Shown here in pieces: positions 30,018 through 40,000 of a stretch of DNA of 64,000 bases. The position numbers were made by a program, and so were the translations under genes. Numbering within the stretch: position 1 is the first letter of the stretch; each line of letters begins with the position of its first letter. This DNA is from Bacteroidales bacterium (lineage in GTDB: Bacteria > Bacteroidota > Bacteroidia > Bacteroidales > GWA2-32-17): positions 1,998 to 65,997 of the forward strand of contig JAOAFV010000013.1 of the NCBI GenBank assembly GCA_026416095.1, read 5' to 3'. The notes beneath the pieces are model-generated. The model was not told the origin of the DNA and did no database searches. It worked only from the letters and a program-made list of their open reading frames with translations.

Positions 30018-31025
30018 TTAAAATAACGTATAAATGTTAAACACTTTTCCTATAACTTTACCAATTATGTGGGTTTCGGGTAAAAATCCCCATCGTCGGC
30101 TATCATTGGAACGATCGCGATTGTCGTCGAGAACAAAATAATAATTGTATTTAAAAGTATAATAAGTGCTTATTGTATCGTTAATTATAAAAATAGTATC
30201 ATTTACAATTTCTAAATTATTCTTTTCGTATAATTCAATAATTTTTCGGTAGAGATATATGTTATATTTATTGAGTTTAACAGTTTGGTTTTTTTTAGGA
30301 ATAACTATTGTTTCATAAAAATCGAAGGAGCTACTATTATAAGGGCTATGTGGAAATAATGATATATATTTATTATCTCTTTTTTTGTATTGGGTTGAGA
30401 ATAAACTTATAGATTTTATTTCGCTACATGTATCTAACACTTTCGACAAATAAATAGGAATGAAGCAGTCGTATCCTTTTTCTGATAATTTATAATATTC
30501 TCTTATGTTAAATTTTCTAAAAATTGTTGTATCATTTTTTCTTAAGACTATTCGATAGTTAAAGTTAACAGTACTTGGACATTCAAGTAATTTTCTGTTT
30601 ACAAAAATTTCTTTATTATATATTGTAAAAGTATCACCCGGAAGTGCTACACACCTTGATATTCTTTGAGTTTTTTTATCAATTGGTTTATCTTGTTCTA
30701 TTGGATAGTTGAATAATAATATGTCGTTATGTTTTATGCTTTTAATGTTAATTCTTACATAGGGTAATTGAATAAAATCTAGGTATGACTTTGATTTAGT
30801 AAATGGTATGTATTGGTGAGTAAAAGGTATTGTTAATAAAGTAATTGGTAAGCGAGGTCCTGGAGTTATCTTATATATTAGTAAAACATCGCCATTAGAA
30901 TAAGTTGAATTCATTCTATGATCTGAGTTAATATATATATCGAACAAAAATATTTTAATAAGTATTATTATCAAAAGAGCTATGATAAATTGATAAAACC
31001 ATAATTTTATTCTTTTTTTTACCAT
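30018..31025 (-). CDS. Signal peptidase I paralogue, apparently lacking the catalytic Ser/Lys dyad
   Basis: S26 boxes present (GD.LL..K, RCVALPGD, DNRDRSNDSRRWGF), but SSM is replaced by HRM and IKR by ISR. Confidence 0.85.
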   Translation of the reverse strand: MVKKRIKLWFYQFIIALLIIILIKIFLFDIYINSDHRMNSTYSNGDVLLIYKITPGPRLPITLLTIPFTHQYIPFTKSKSYLDFIQLPYVRINIKSIKHNDILLFNYPIEQDKPIDKKTQRISRCVALPGDTFTIYNKEIFVNRKLLECPSTVNFNYRIVLRKNDTTIFRKFNIREYYKLSEKGYDCFIPIYLSKVLDTCSEIKSISLFSTQYKKRDNKYISLFPHSPYNSSSFDFYETIVIPKKNQTVKLNKYNIYLYRKIIELYEKNNLEIVNDTIFIINDTISTYYTFKYNYYFVLDDNRDRSNDSRRWGFLPETHIIGKVIGKVFNIYTLF

Positions 31026-32413
31026 GAAGAGTCAACAATTTTAAATAATCTTTTAAATCGTATATTATTAGGAAATGATTTATCTTTATCGAGCGATAGC
31101 CATATAAATAATGGTGTACCTACAATATGATCTTCTGGTACAAAACCCCAAAATCTGCTATCTTGTGAGTTATGTCGGTTATCTCCCATCATGAAATAGT
31201 AATTCATTTTAAAAGTATACCTGTCTGTTTCTTTCCCATTAATAAATATTTTACCATTAATTACATTTAGTTTGTTATTTTCGTAGACTTCAATTATTCT
31301 TTGGAATATCGGAAGATTTTTTAATGTTAATTTAACAGTTGCTCCTTTTTTTGGTACCCAAATAGGACCAAAATTATCTCTGTTGTAGCTTATAGTACTA
31401 TCTTGCGGAAAAACATTTTCACGCTCTTTAATCTCATAAAGTTTTACGGAGATAACATTAGGGTAAGTTTTAATAATATTTACTTGTTTTTTTGTAAGCG
31501 GTATTATATAATGTATAGTAAATGTATTTGTAAGAGAATCGTAAACTTGATATTGAGTAGAAAGAGCGAATTGAATATCGTCGTTTGAAATGCCTATCCG
31601 TTGTAAGTTTCTTGTGTTTAGAGGTAATCCGTTTGTAATTACTTCATAATTAAATTGCATATGTTCAAAGTGCTTTTGTGGTTTACCATTAATGTAAACT
31701 TGTGCATGTCTTATTTCGATTGTATCGCCTGGTATTGCCACACATCGTTTTATATAGTTCTCTTTTTTGTCTACAGGTCTAACAACAATTTCGCCAAAGT
31801 TTAATTTATCGTTCCATACTCTATTTCTACCATAAATTCTGCATAATTCGTAATAACTTTCGGCTTGTCTTTTTATAGCAACAGTATCGCCTTCTGGAAA
31901 ATTAAATACTACAAGGTCGTTGCGCTGAATTTCTCTTATCCCTTTTAACCGCTTATAAGGCCATTTTATCCATTCTACAAACGATTTAGCAGATTCGCTA
32001 AATGGCATTGTATGGTGCACAAAAGGGAACGACAAAGGTGTCATTGGTACTCGTGGCCCGTATAAATATTTGCTTACAAATAAATAATCGCCTACAAGTA
32101 ATGTTTTTTCCATCGAAGAGGTAGGAATTGTATATGCTTCTATTAAAAATATTCTGATTAACGAAGCTGCAATAACTGCAAATATTATGGCATCGATCCA
32201 CTCTATTATTTTACTTGGTTTTTTCCCTCGCTTTTTCCAAGGTGTCCAATTTACTTTTTTTGTAATGTAGTAATCAAAAATTATAGGTACTCCAAGAAAA
32301 AACCAATAATTTTCTAACCATATAACCCAAAGTACGTAAATTAATAGAGCAATTATAAACTTTACCCATTTATTCTTAAAAAAGTTTTTAATGTTTGTTA
32401 TAAATTGTTTCAT
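31019..32413 (-). CDS. lepB: Signal peptidase I
   Basis: IPTSSMEKTL, YIKRCVA, GDNRHNSQDSRFWG. Confidence 0.96.
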   Translation of the reverse strand: MKQFITNIKNFFKNKWVKFIIALLIYVLWVIWLENYWFFLGVPIIFDYYITKKVNWTPWKKRGKKPSKIIEWIDAIIFAVIAASLIRIFLIEAYTIPTSSMEKTLLVGDYLFVSKYLYGPRVPMTPLSFPFVHHTMPFSESAKSFVEWIKWPYKRLKGIREIQRNDLVVFNFPEGDTVAIKRQAESYYELCRIYGRNRVWNDKLNFGEIVVRPVDKKENYIKRCVAIPGDTIEIRHAQVYINGKPQKHFEHMQFNYEVITNGLPLNTRNLQRIGISNDDIQFALSTQYQVYDSLTNTFTIHYIIPLTKKQVNIIKTYPNVISVKLYEIKERENVFPQDSTISYNRDNFGPIWVPKKGATVKLTLKNLPIFQRIIEVYENNKLNVINGKIFINGKETDRYTFKMNYYFMMGDNRHNSQDSRFWGFVPEDHIVGTPLFIWLSLDKDKSFPNNIRFKRLFKIVDSSW

Positions 32414-32424
32414 GATAAAATTAT

Positions 32425-33177
32425 TTATAAAGAAGAGATCAAATCTTCAATAGTTTTTATGCCTTTTTTGTCTTTGATGTAGTGTGCAGCTAAAATTGCT
32501 CCTTCGGCAAAGATCTTTCTGTTAAGTGCTATGTGTTTTAATGTAATTGTATCGTTTAGAGAAGAAAACTTTACTTCGTGAACGCCAACAAAATTATTTT
32601 TTCTATAAGAAGCAATAGTAATAGAATCATTAAACTTATTATAGTTCTCATCGAAACCTTTATTGAGTATAGAGTAATGTTTTTTATATTTGTTTGAATT
32701 TGCTGTAATTAAGTTTGCAATAAACAATGCTGTACCACTTGGGTAATCTATTTTTTGCTCGTGATGGGTTTCTGTTAGTGTTATACTATATTTTTCTGAA
32801 AGTTTATTCATTATGCATATAGATTTTTCGATAATTTGCTTAAATAAATAAACACCTATGCTAAAATTTGGCCCGTAAAAAAGAGCCCCATTATATTTTT
32901 TACATTCTTGTTTAATAAAGTCGATTTTATCGTACCATCCGGTGGTTCCACATACAATAGGAACATTTTGCTGAAAACAAGCTATTATGTTATCAACAGC
33001 GGTATTAGGGGTTGTAAATTCTATAGCTACATCGATGTTTTTTTCCTTTAAATTATTAATATCGTTTTTATTTGCAATATCTATTATTAATGTTACATTA
33101 ATATGGTAATCAGGAGCAAGCTGATGAATCAACTTGCCCATCTTACCATATCCAATAAGAGCAACATTCATTGGCAA
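32425..33177 (-). CDS. dapB: 4-hydroxy-tetrahydrodipicolinate reductase
   Basis: GYGKMG, EFTTP, GTTGW, NFSIG, ETHH..KIDYPSGTA. Confidence 0.95.
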   Translation of the reverse strand: MPMNVALIGYGKMGKLIHQLAPDYHINVTLIIDIANKNDINNLKEKNIDVAIEFTTPNTAVDNIIACFQQNVPIVCGTTGWYDKIDFIKQECKKYNGALFYGPNFSIGVYLFKQIIEKSICIMNKLSEKYSITLTETHHEQKIDYPSGTALFIANLITANSNKYKKHYSILNKGFDENYNKFNDSITIASYRKNNFVGVHEVKFSSLNDTITLKHIALNRKIFAEGAILAAHYIKDKKGIKTIEDLISSL

Positions 33178-33197
33178 AAAAAAGAATGTATTAATTT

Positions 33198-33551
33198 TTA
33201 AACACCTGCTTTTACTTTGTTGACGAGTTCTTTGAAAGTATCGGGGTTATTCATTGCAAGGTCGGCTAAGACTTTTCGGTTGATTAGAATATTACTTTTT
33301 CGTAATGCTCCCATAAATTTTGAATATGATAAGCCTTCTTCTCTACATGCAGCATTTATACGTTGGATCCATAGTGCTCTAAAATCTCTTTTCTTTAACT
33401 TACGTCCAACGTATGCATGAGTTTGCCCTTTTTCCCAAATATTTTTTGCAACAGTCCAAACATTCTTTGCCGAAAGAAAATACCCTTTACAACGTTTTAA
33501 AATTTTTTTTCTTCTTTTTCTTGATTTTACAGAATTAACAGACCTTGGCAT
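33198..33551 (-). CDS. rplT: 50S ribosomal protein L20
   Basis: [31 protein letters not shown]. Confidence 0.98.
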   Translation of the reverse strand: MPRSVNSVKSRKRRKKILKRCKGYFLSAKNVWTVAKNIWEKGQTHAYVGRKLKKRDFRALWIQRINAACREEGLSYSKFMGALRKSNILINRKVLADLAMNNPDTFKELVNKVKAGV

Positions 33552-33566
33552 ATTCTTTTTATTTTA

Positions 33567-33613
33567 TGATTATTTAGCGTCAGCATTGCTGATCTTTATA
33601 TGCTAAATAATCA
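33567..33613 (-). promoter_or_regulatory. Nested RNA hairpin in the rpmI-rplT spacer; candidate L20-responsive cis element
   Basis: Perfect 12-bp outer stem TGATTATTTAGC/GCTAAATAATCA enclosing a 5-bp TCAGC/GCTGA stem and an A-rich asymmetric loop; 15 nt upstream of the rplT ATG; no U-tract on the coding strand. Confidence 0.6.
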
Positions 33614-33623
33614 AGTTAAACTC

Positions 33624-33821
33624 TTATTTTAAACACAATAATTTTTTAACGCTTTTAATATTGCTTTTATCTACCATGGTAAAGTGGCCTAATTTTCTTT
33701 TTCTTTTTTTAGATTTTTTAGTCAAAATGTGGCTCTTATAAGCTTGTTTTCTTGTAATTTTTCCACTACCTGTAATTTTAAATCTTTTTTTTGCTCCAGA
33801 ATTTGTTTTTAGCTTTGGCAT
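33624..33821 (-). CDS. rpmI: 50S ribosomal protein L35
   Basis: [28 protein letters not shown]. Confidence 0.98.
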   Translation of the reverse strand: MPKLKTNSGAKKRFKITGSGKITRKQAYKSHILTKKSKKRKRKLGHFTMVDKSNIKSVKKLLCLK

Positions 33822-33838
33822 TGTTTTATAATTTTAAA

Positions 33839-34393
33839 TTAATTTTTTTTCTTTTGAAGAGGAGTAAGTATTACTATCATTCTTTTCCCATCGAGTTTAG
33901 GTTCCTGTTCTACTTTAGCATACTCTGCTAAATCGTTAATGAATCTGCGAAGAAGCTGTTCTCCTTGTTCTGTGTACATGATTGAGCGTCCTTTAAAGAA
34001 TACATAAGCTTTCACTTTAGCGCCATCTTGTAAAAAATTAATTGCGTGTTTTAGTTTAAAATTGTAATCATGGTCATCGGTATTAGGTCCAAATCTAATT
34101 TCTTTTACAATAATCTTAGCACTTTTAGCTTTTATTTCTTTTTGTCGTTGTTTTTGCTGATATATATATTTTTGATAATCTAGTATTTTACAAACTGGTG
34201 GGTTTACTTGTGAGCTTATGAGCACCAAATCTAATTCCATTTCTTCGGCTAATTTTAAAGCATCTTCTATTTTATAAATTCCAGGATTTGGAATATTATC
34301 ACCCACCAAGCGTACTTCTTTTGCTTTTATATTATAATTGGCGGGATGTTGTTCTTCTAATTCGTTTTGTATTTGTTTCTTTTTTGAATGCAT
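33839..34393 (-). CDS. infC: Translation initiation factor IF-3
   Basis: [31 protein letters not shown]. Confidence 0.97.
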   Translation of the reverse strand: MHSKKKQIQNELEEQHPANYNIKAKEVRLVGDNIPNPGIYKIEDALKLAEEMELDLVLISSQVNPPVCKILDYQKYIYQQKQRQKEIKAKSAKIIVKEIRFGPNTDDHDYNFKLKHAINFLQDGAKVKAYVFFKGRSIMYTEQGEQLLRRFINDLAEYAKVEQEPKLDGKRMIVILTPLQKKKN

Positions 34394-34407
34394 TTAATAT
34401 TACTCCT

Positions 34408-36342
34408 TTATTTTAAGCTATTTTCAATTTCTGTTTTTATATAATTAATAAATTCTTCAATTTTTAAAGACCCCATATCACCTTTACCATGAATTCTCAT
34501 AGAAACAGTATTATTTTTAACTTCATTTTCTCCTACTATAGCCATAATAGGAATATGTTTTACTTCAGCGTCTCTGATTTTTTTTCCAATTTTTTCATCT
34601 CTATCATCAAACAAAACGCGAATATCGTTATTTTTTAACAAATTTACAAGATTTTTTGCAAAATCTTTATATTTTTCACTTATAGGTAAAACAGCTACTT
34701 GATCGGGCGTAAGCCACAAAGGGAATTTTCCACCGGTGTGTTCAATTAACAAAGCTACAAATCTTTCCAACGAGCCAAACGGGGCTCTGTGAATCATAAC
34801 AGGCCTATGAGGTTGATTATCTTCGCCTATGTATTCTAAGTTAAAACGTTCTGGAAGATTATAATCTACTTGAATGGTACCAAGTTGCCATTTACGACCT
34901 ATTGCATCTTTAACCATGAAGTCGAGTTTGGGCCCATAAAATGCAGCTTCGCCAATAACTTTTTTTGCTTGAATACCACTTTCTTCAACAGCTTCGATAA
35001 TTGCTTTCTCTGCATTTTCCCAATTTTCTTCGCTACCTATGTATTTTTCGGTATTTTTAGGATCTCTTAAAGATATTTGAGCCATGTAGTTTTCAAATTT
35101 AAATATCTTAAATATGTATAAGATTATTTCCATAACTTTTAAGAATTCGTCTTTTAATTGGGCTGGTGTACAAAAAATATGAGCATCATCTTGAGTAAAT
35201 CCTCGCACTCTTGTTAATCCATGTAATTCGCCACTTTGTTCGTATCTGTAAACTGTACCAAACTCAGCTAATCGTAGTGGTAACTCTCTATACGATCTTA
35301 ATTTACTGTTATAAATTTCGCAATGGTGTGGACAATTCATTGGTTTAAGCATGTATTCTTCGCCTTCTTGTGGTGTAGAAATTGGGCGAAATGAACTTTC
35401 CTTATATTTTTCATAATGACCACTCGTAACGTACAATTGTTTGTTGCCAATATGAGGAGTAATTACTGTTTGATAATTATAATCTTTTTGTATTTTTCTT
35501 AAAAGTAGTTCAAGATTATTTCTTATAATAGTTCCTTTAGGCAACCATATTGGTAAACCAATACCTACATTTTGCGATATAAAGAATAATTCTAATTCTC
35601 TACCAATTTTACGATGATCTCTTTTTTTTGCTTCTTCAAGTGTTTTAAGGTATTCATCTAGCATTTTTTGTTGTGGAAATGTGATACCGTATACACGTGT
35701 TAGTTGCTTTCGTGATGCATCGCCTCGCCAGTAAGCACCTGCTATGCTAAGTATTTTAATTGCTTTTATATAGCCAGTATGTGGTAAATGTGGACCACGG
35801 CATAAATCAGTAAAATTCTCTTGCTCGTAAAAAGTTATGTTATCTTCTTCAAGCTCATTTATTAATTCGAGTTTAAGGTCGTCGTTTTTTGCTGAAAAGT
35901 ATTTAATTGCTTCGGCTTTCGAAACTTCTCTTCTTTCTATTTTAATTTTCTTTTGAGCAAGTTCTTTCATTTTGGCTTCGATTGCTGGGAAATCGTTTTC
36001 GGAAAGTGTTTTACCTTGTGGTAATTCAATATCGTAATAAAAGCCATTCTCTATTGCTGGGCCTATACCAAATTTAGTGCCAGGATATAAAATTTCTATA
36101 GCATGAGCCATTAAATGTGCAGAACTATGCCAAAAAGTTTCTTTGCCTTCGTCATCATCCCAAGTATTTATTTTTATTGTAGCATCGAAAGTTATAGGTC
36201 TTGTTAAGTCCCATACTTCGTTATTTACTGTTATCGATAAAGCTTCGTATTCCAGTTTTTTGCTGAGCATCCTAGCAATATCAAGTCCCGTTACAGGACC
36301 ATCAAATTCAATTTCTTTATTATCTGGGAGTCTTATAATCAT
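34408..36342 (-). CDS. thrS: Threonine--tRNA ligase
   Basis: [46 protein letters not shown]. Confidence 0.98.
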   Translation of the reverse strand: MIIRLPDNKEIEFDGPVTGLDIARMLSKKLEYEALSITVNNEVWDLTRPITFDATIKINTWDDDEGKETFWHSSAHLMAHAIEILYPGTKFGIGPAIENGFYYDIELPQGKTLSENDFPAIEAKMKELAQKKIKIERREVSKAEAIKYFSAKNDDLKLELINELEEDNITFYEQENFTDLCRGPHLPHTGYIKAIKILSIAGAYWRGDASRKQLTRVYGITFPQQKMLDEYLKTLEEAKKRDHRKIGRELELFFISQNVGIGLPIWLPKGTIIRNNLELLLRKIQKDYNYQTVITPHIGNKQLYVTSGHYEKYKESSFRPISTPQEGEEYMLKPMNCPHHCEIYNSKLRSYRELPLRLAEFGTVYRYEQSGELHGLTRVRGFTQDDAHIFCTPAQLKDEFLKVMEIILYIFKIFKFENYMAQISLRDPKNTEKYIGSEENWENAEKAIIEAVEESGIQAKKVIGEAAFYGPKLDFMVKDAIGRKWQLGTIQVDYNLPERFNLEYIGEDNQPHRPVMIHRAPFGSLERFVALLIEHTGGKFPLWLTPDQVAVLPISEKYKDFAKNLVNLLKNNDIRVLFDDRDEKIGKKIRDAEVKHIPIMAIVGENEVKNNTVSMRIHGKGDMGSLKIEEFINYIKTEIENSLK

Positions 36343-36692
36343 TAAGGTAAATTTTCGATGGCTTGCAAAGTTATGTAAGTTTTTAAATTTAAAAAAATAC
36401 TTTGAACTATTAGATTGTTTAAAATATCGGTTTTGATTTTATCGACAAGTAAAAAATCAGTATCGGCTAAAAAGAATAAAATGTAATTTTAGTGGTATTG
36501 TGCAAGTTAAAATTAATGGTAATGAAATATTAGTATAAAATTTTTTAGGAAGGTTATAGTTGTGTTTGTAGGTTTAGAGATTGTATTACACATTTGTTTT
36601 AATTCGTTTAAAACAGTATAATCTATGAAATATTTTTTACCGAGTAATTATATTTTGTGTGGTATTAAAGCTCTTTTTAGCAGTTTGTGTGT

Positions 36693-36756
36693 CTTATAAC
36701 GTTCTGTGTAAAACAATATGCGAAATGAATGTCAATTCTTACACAGCTTTTTTACA
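36693..36756. repeat. Imperfect inverted repeat with attC-like layout (degenerate)
   Basis: CTTATAAC-GTT-CTGTGTAA ... TTACACAG (8-bp arms at 36704-36711 and 36739-36746); the distal core box is degenerate. Confidence 0.3.
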
Positions 36757-36853
36757 TTAAAATTATATTTTATTGGTTCAAATATTCTTTTGGGCATTGA
36801 ATTTATGGTTTATTTTGTTTATTTAACTTTTATTTTTAGTCTACTTTAAAATT

Positions 36854-36949
36854 TCTTCAGTTGCTAATAATTACTATTGCAACTTTTTTTGAAGATATTT
36901 AAACAGTATATCTTTGTATGTTTCAGTTGCTAATAATTACTATTGCAAC
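36854..36949 (-). CRISPR. Orphan CRISPR mini-array: two 30-bp repeats, one 36-bp spacer
   Basis: Repeat GTTGCAATAGTAATTATTAGCAACTGAAAC (minus strand) at 36920-36949 and 36854-36883 (28/30 identical, mismatches at the 3' end of the distal copy). Spacer 36884-36919; AT-rich leader-like DNA from 36950. Confidence 0.72.
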
Positions 36950-37063
36950 CCACAATGTTGTTTTCTATTTATATGTTTTCTTTTCCTATTTTTTAATAGG
37001 TAACTGATACTGCTCTTTAAAATTACTTTTATTATGCTTTTAAAAATTTTATAAATAAATTAT

Positions 37064-37071
37064 TACCTTTG
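37064..37071 (+). promoter_or_regulatory. Bacteroidota primary-sigma -7 element for ileS
   Basis: TACCTTTG matches TAnnTTTG, 19 nt before ATG 37091. Confidence 0.65.
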
Positions 37072-37090
37072 CAAAAAAAATCAATTGTCG

Positions 37091-40000
37091 ATGACTCAAA
37101 AAATTTTCAAAGAATCTAAGGAGTTGAATTTATCACAAATAAATAAAGATATTCTTGAATTTTGGAAGAGAGAAGATGTTTTTAAAAAGAATTTAAAGTT
37201 ACGCGAAGGAGCAAAGCAATTTATTTTTTATGAAGGACCTCCTTCGGCAAATGGAACTCCAGGAATTCATCATGTTATTTCGCGTACGATAAAAGATATT
37301 TTTTGTCGTTTTAAAACAATGGAGGGTTATAGAGTAGAAAGAAAAGCAGGTTGGGATACTCATGGCCTTCCAGTAGAGATTGGAGTGGAGAAATCGTTAG
37401 GTATTAAAAAAGACGACATAGGCAAGAAAATATCAATAGAAGAATATAACAACTTATGTAAAAAAGATGTAATGAAATACACAAAAGAGTGGGAACATTT
37501 GACAGATTTGATGGGCTTTTGGATTGACATGGAAAATCCATACATTACTTACGAGAATAAATATATAGAAACTTTATGGTGGGCATTAAAGCAGCTATAT
37601 AATAAGGGTCTGTTATATAAAGGCTATACTATACAACCTTATTCACCTGCCGCTGGGACGGGATTAAGTACACACGAGCTAAATCAGCCTGGTTGTTATA
37701 AGATGGTTAAAGATACTTCAGTTACTGCTTTATTTAAAATTCTTAAAAATAAGAAATCTGAATTTTTATATAAGCTAACTGATACTGATATATTCATGAT
37801 GGCATGGACCACTACACCTTGGACATTACCTTCTAATACAGCACTTGCAGTTGGAAAAGATATTGAATATTCATTTATATATACATTAAATCCATATTCG
37901 GGCACACCAATCTCGGTAATTTTAGCAACTGATAGAATTCATGTTTATTTTGAAAAAGAAATGGAAAATATTGACTTTAGCAATTATGAAGCAACAAAAA
38001 AGAAAGTTCCTTATAAAATAATTGGTACATTTAAAGGATCAGATCTTGCCGATTTAGAATATGAGCAACTAATAAAATGGCATCAACCCAAAGGTGGTAA
38101 AGCTTTTATTGTAATAATCGGAGATTTTGTTTCTACCGAAGAAGGTACTGGTGTAGTACATATTGCTCCAAGTTTTGGAGCAGACGATTTTCGAATGGCA
38201 AAACAGTATGGCCTTGGTACACTTACTCTTGTCGATAAACAAGGCAAATTCATTGATGGTTGTGGGGAGTTTAGTAATCGCTATGTTAAATTAGAATACG
38301 AAGAAGAAAATGCACAAAACAAAGAGTCTGTGGATGTTGGAATTGCTCGAATGCTTATAAAAGAAAACAAAGTATTTAAAGTAGAGAAATACGAACATTC
38401 TTACCCACATTGTTGGCGTACCGATAAGCCAATATTATACTATCCTCTCGAGGCATGGTTTATTAAAACTACTGCTGTTAAAGAAAGAATGATCGAATTA
38501 AATAAAACAATAAATTGGCAACCCCCACATACAGGATTTGGCCGTTTTGGTCAGTGGCTAGAAAATCTTGTTGACTGGAATTTATCGCGTTCTCGTTTTT
38601 GGGGAACACCGTTACCAATTTGGGCAACAAAAGATTATTCTGAAGTTAAATGTATTGGATCGGTAGCAGAACTTAAAGAAGAAATTGAAAAATCGGTTGC
38701 AGCTGGCTTAATGAAAGACAATCCTCTTAAAGATTTTATACCTGGTGACAATTCAAATGAAAATTATAATAAATTCGACTTACATAGACCTTATATCGAT
38801 AAAATAGTGCTGGTAGCATCTAATGGTGAGCCAATGTATAGAGAACCAGACTTGATAGATGTTTGGTTCGATTCTGGAGCAATGCCATATGCTCAGTTAC
38901 ATTATCCCTTTGAGCATAAAGACGATTTTCAAAATTATTTTCCTGCTGACTTTATTGCCGAAGGTGTCGATCAAACTCGAGGCTGGTTTTTTACTCTACA
39001 TGCTCTCTCTACTATGCTTTTCGATTCTATTGCTTTCAAAAATATTGTGTCTAATGGCTTGGTACTCGATAAAAATGGTAACAAAATGTCGAAACGTCTT
39101 GGAAATGTAATTGATCCCTTTGAGGTTATTAATAAATATGGTGCAGATGTGGTACGCTGGTATATGATGACAAATTCTCATCCTTGGGAAAATATTAAGT
39201 TTAATATAAACGAACTTGAGGAAGTTGTAAGGAAGTTTTTTTCTACATTACATAATACTTATTCTTTCTTTGCATTATATGCTAATTTAGATAATTTTAC
39301 TGGAGATGAACCACTGGTACCGTTTGAGAAATTAACTTTAATGGATAAATGGATATTATCGGTACTAAATACCTTAATAATAAAAGTTACTAAAAGTTAT
39401 AAAGAATACAATCCCACCGATGCAGGCCGATTAATAGAAAAGTTTGTTATCGATGATTTAAGTAATTGGTATGTGCGGTTGAATCGTAAGCGTTATTGGC
39501 GTGGCGAAATCGATGAAGATAAATTAGCTGCTTTTCAAACTCTTTATCAATGCTTGGGAATAGTTGCTAAATTAATTGCACCAATTGCTCCTTTTTATTC
39601 TGAGTATTTATATCAAAATTTGAACCTTAATAAAAAGGAAAATTATTTATCGGTACATGATTGTTTTTTCCCGCAAGCAAACGAAAATTATATAAACAAA
39701 ACTTTAGAACAACAAATGGAAATAGCTCAAAAAGTAACCTCTTTAATATTATCGCTCCGTAAGAAAGCCAATATTAAAGTTCGTCAACCTTTGCAAAAAG
39801 TTCTTTTACCTGCCATAAATAAAGAATTAATAAAAAATATACTCTATGTAAAAGATATTATTCTAAGTGAAACTAACATAAAAGAGCTCGAAATTATTGA
39901 TCCTGCCTCAGGAATTATTGTGAAAAAAGTAAAACCAAATTATAAATTGCTTGGAACAAAACTTGGAAGTAAAATTAAACTACTAGCTGCTTATCTTGAT

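Noticed and set aside
36607-36627. Local partial match to the spacer (AAACAGTATA shared with 36901-36910)
   Set aside because: Only 10 nt exact, and extension needs two gaps. Plausible by chance in AT-rich DNA, though worth rechecking if a PAM is defined.
36975-37004. Possible third CRISPR repeat (GTTTTC...GGTAAC, 30 bp)
   Set aside because: Only 15/30 identity by my count and a 25-bp gap; more likely leader sequence.
36343-37090. T-box riboswitches for thrS or ileS
   Set aside because: No T-box consensus (GGTGGnACCGCG) seen, and both genes have TAnnTTTG promoters very close to their starts.
39787-39798. ACCTTTGCAAAA matching the MITE TIR
   Set aside because: Lies in frame inside ileS (QPLQK) with no partner TIR or MITE core.
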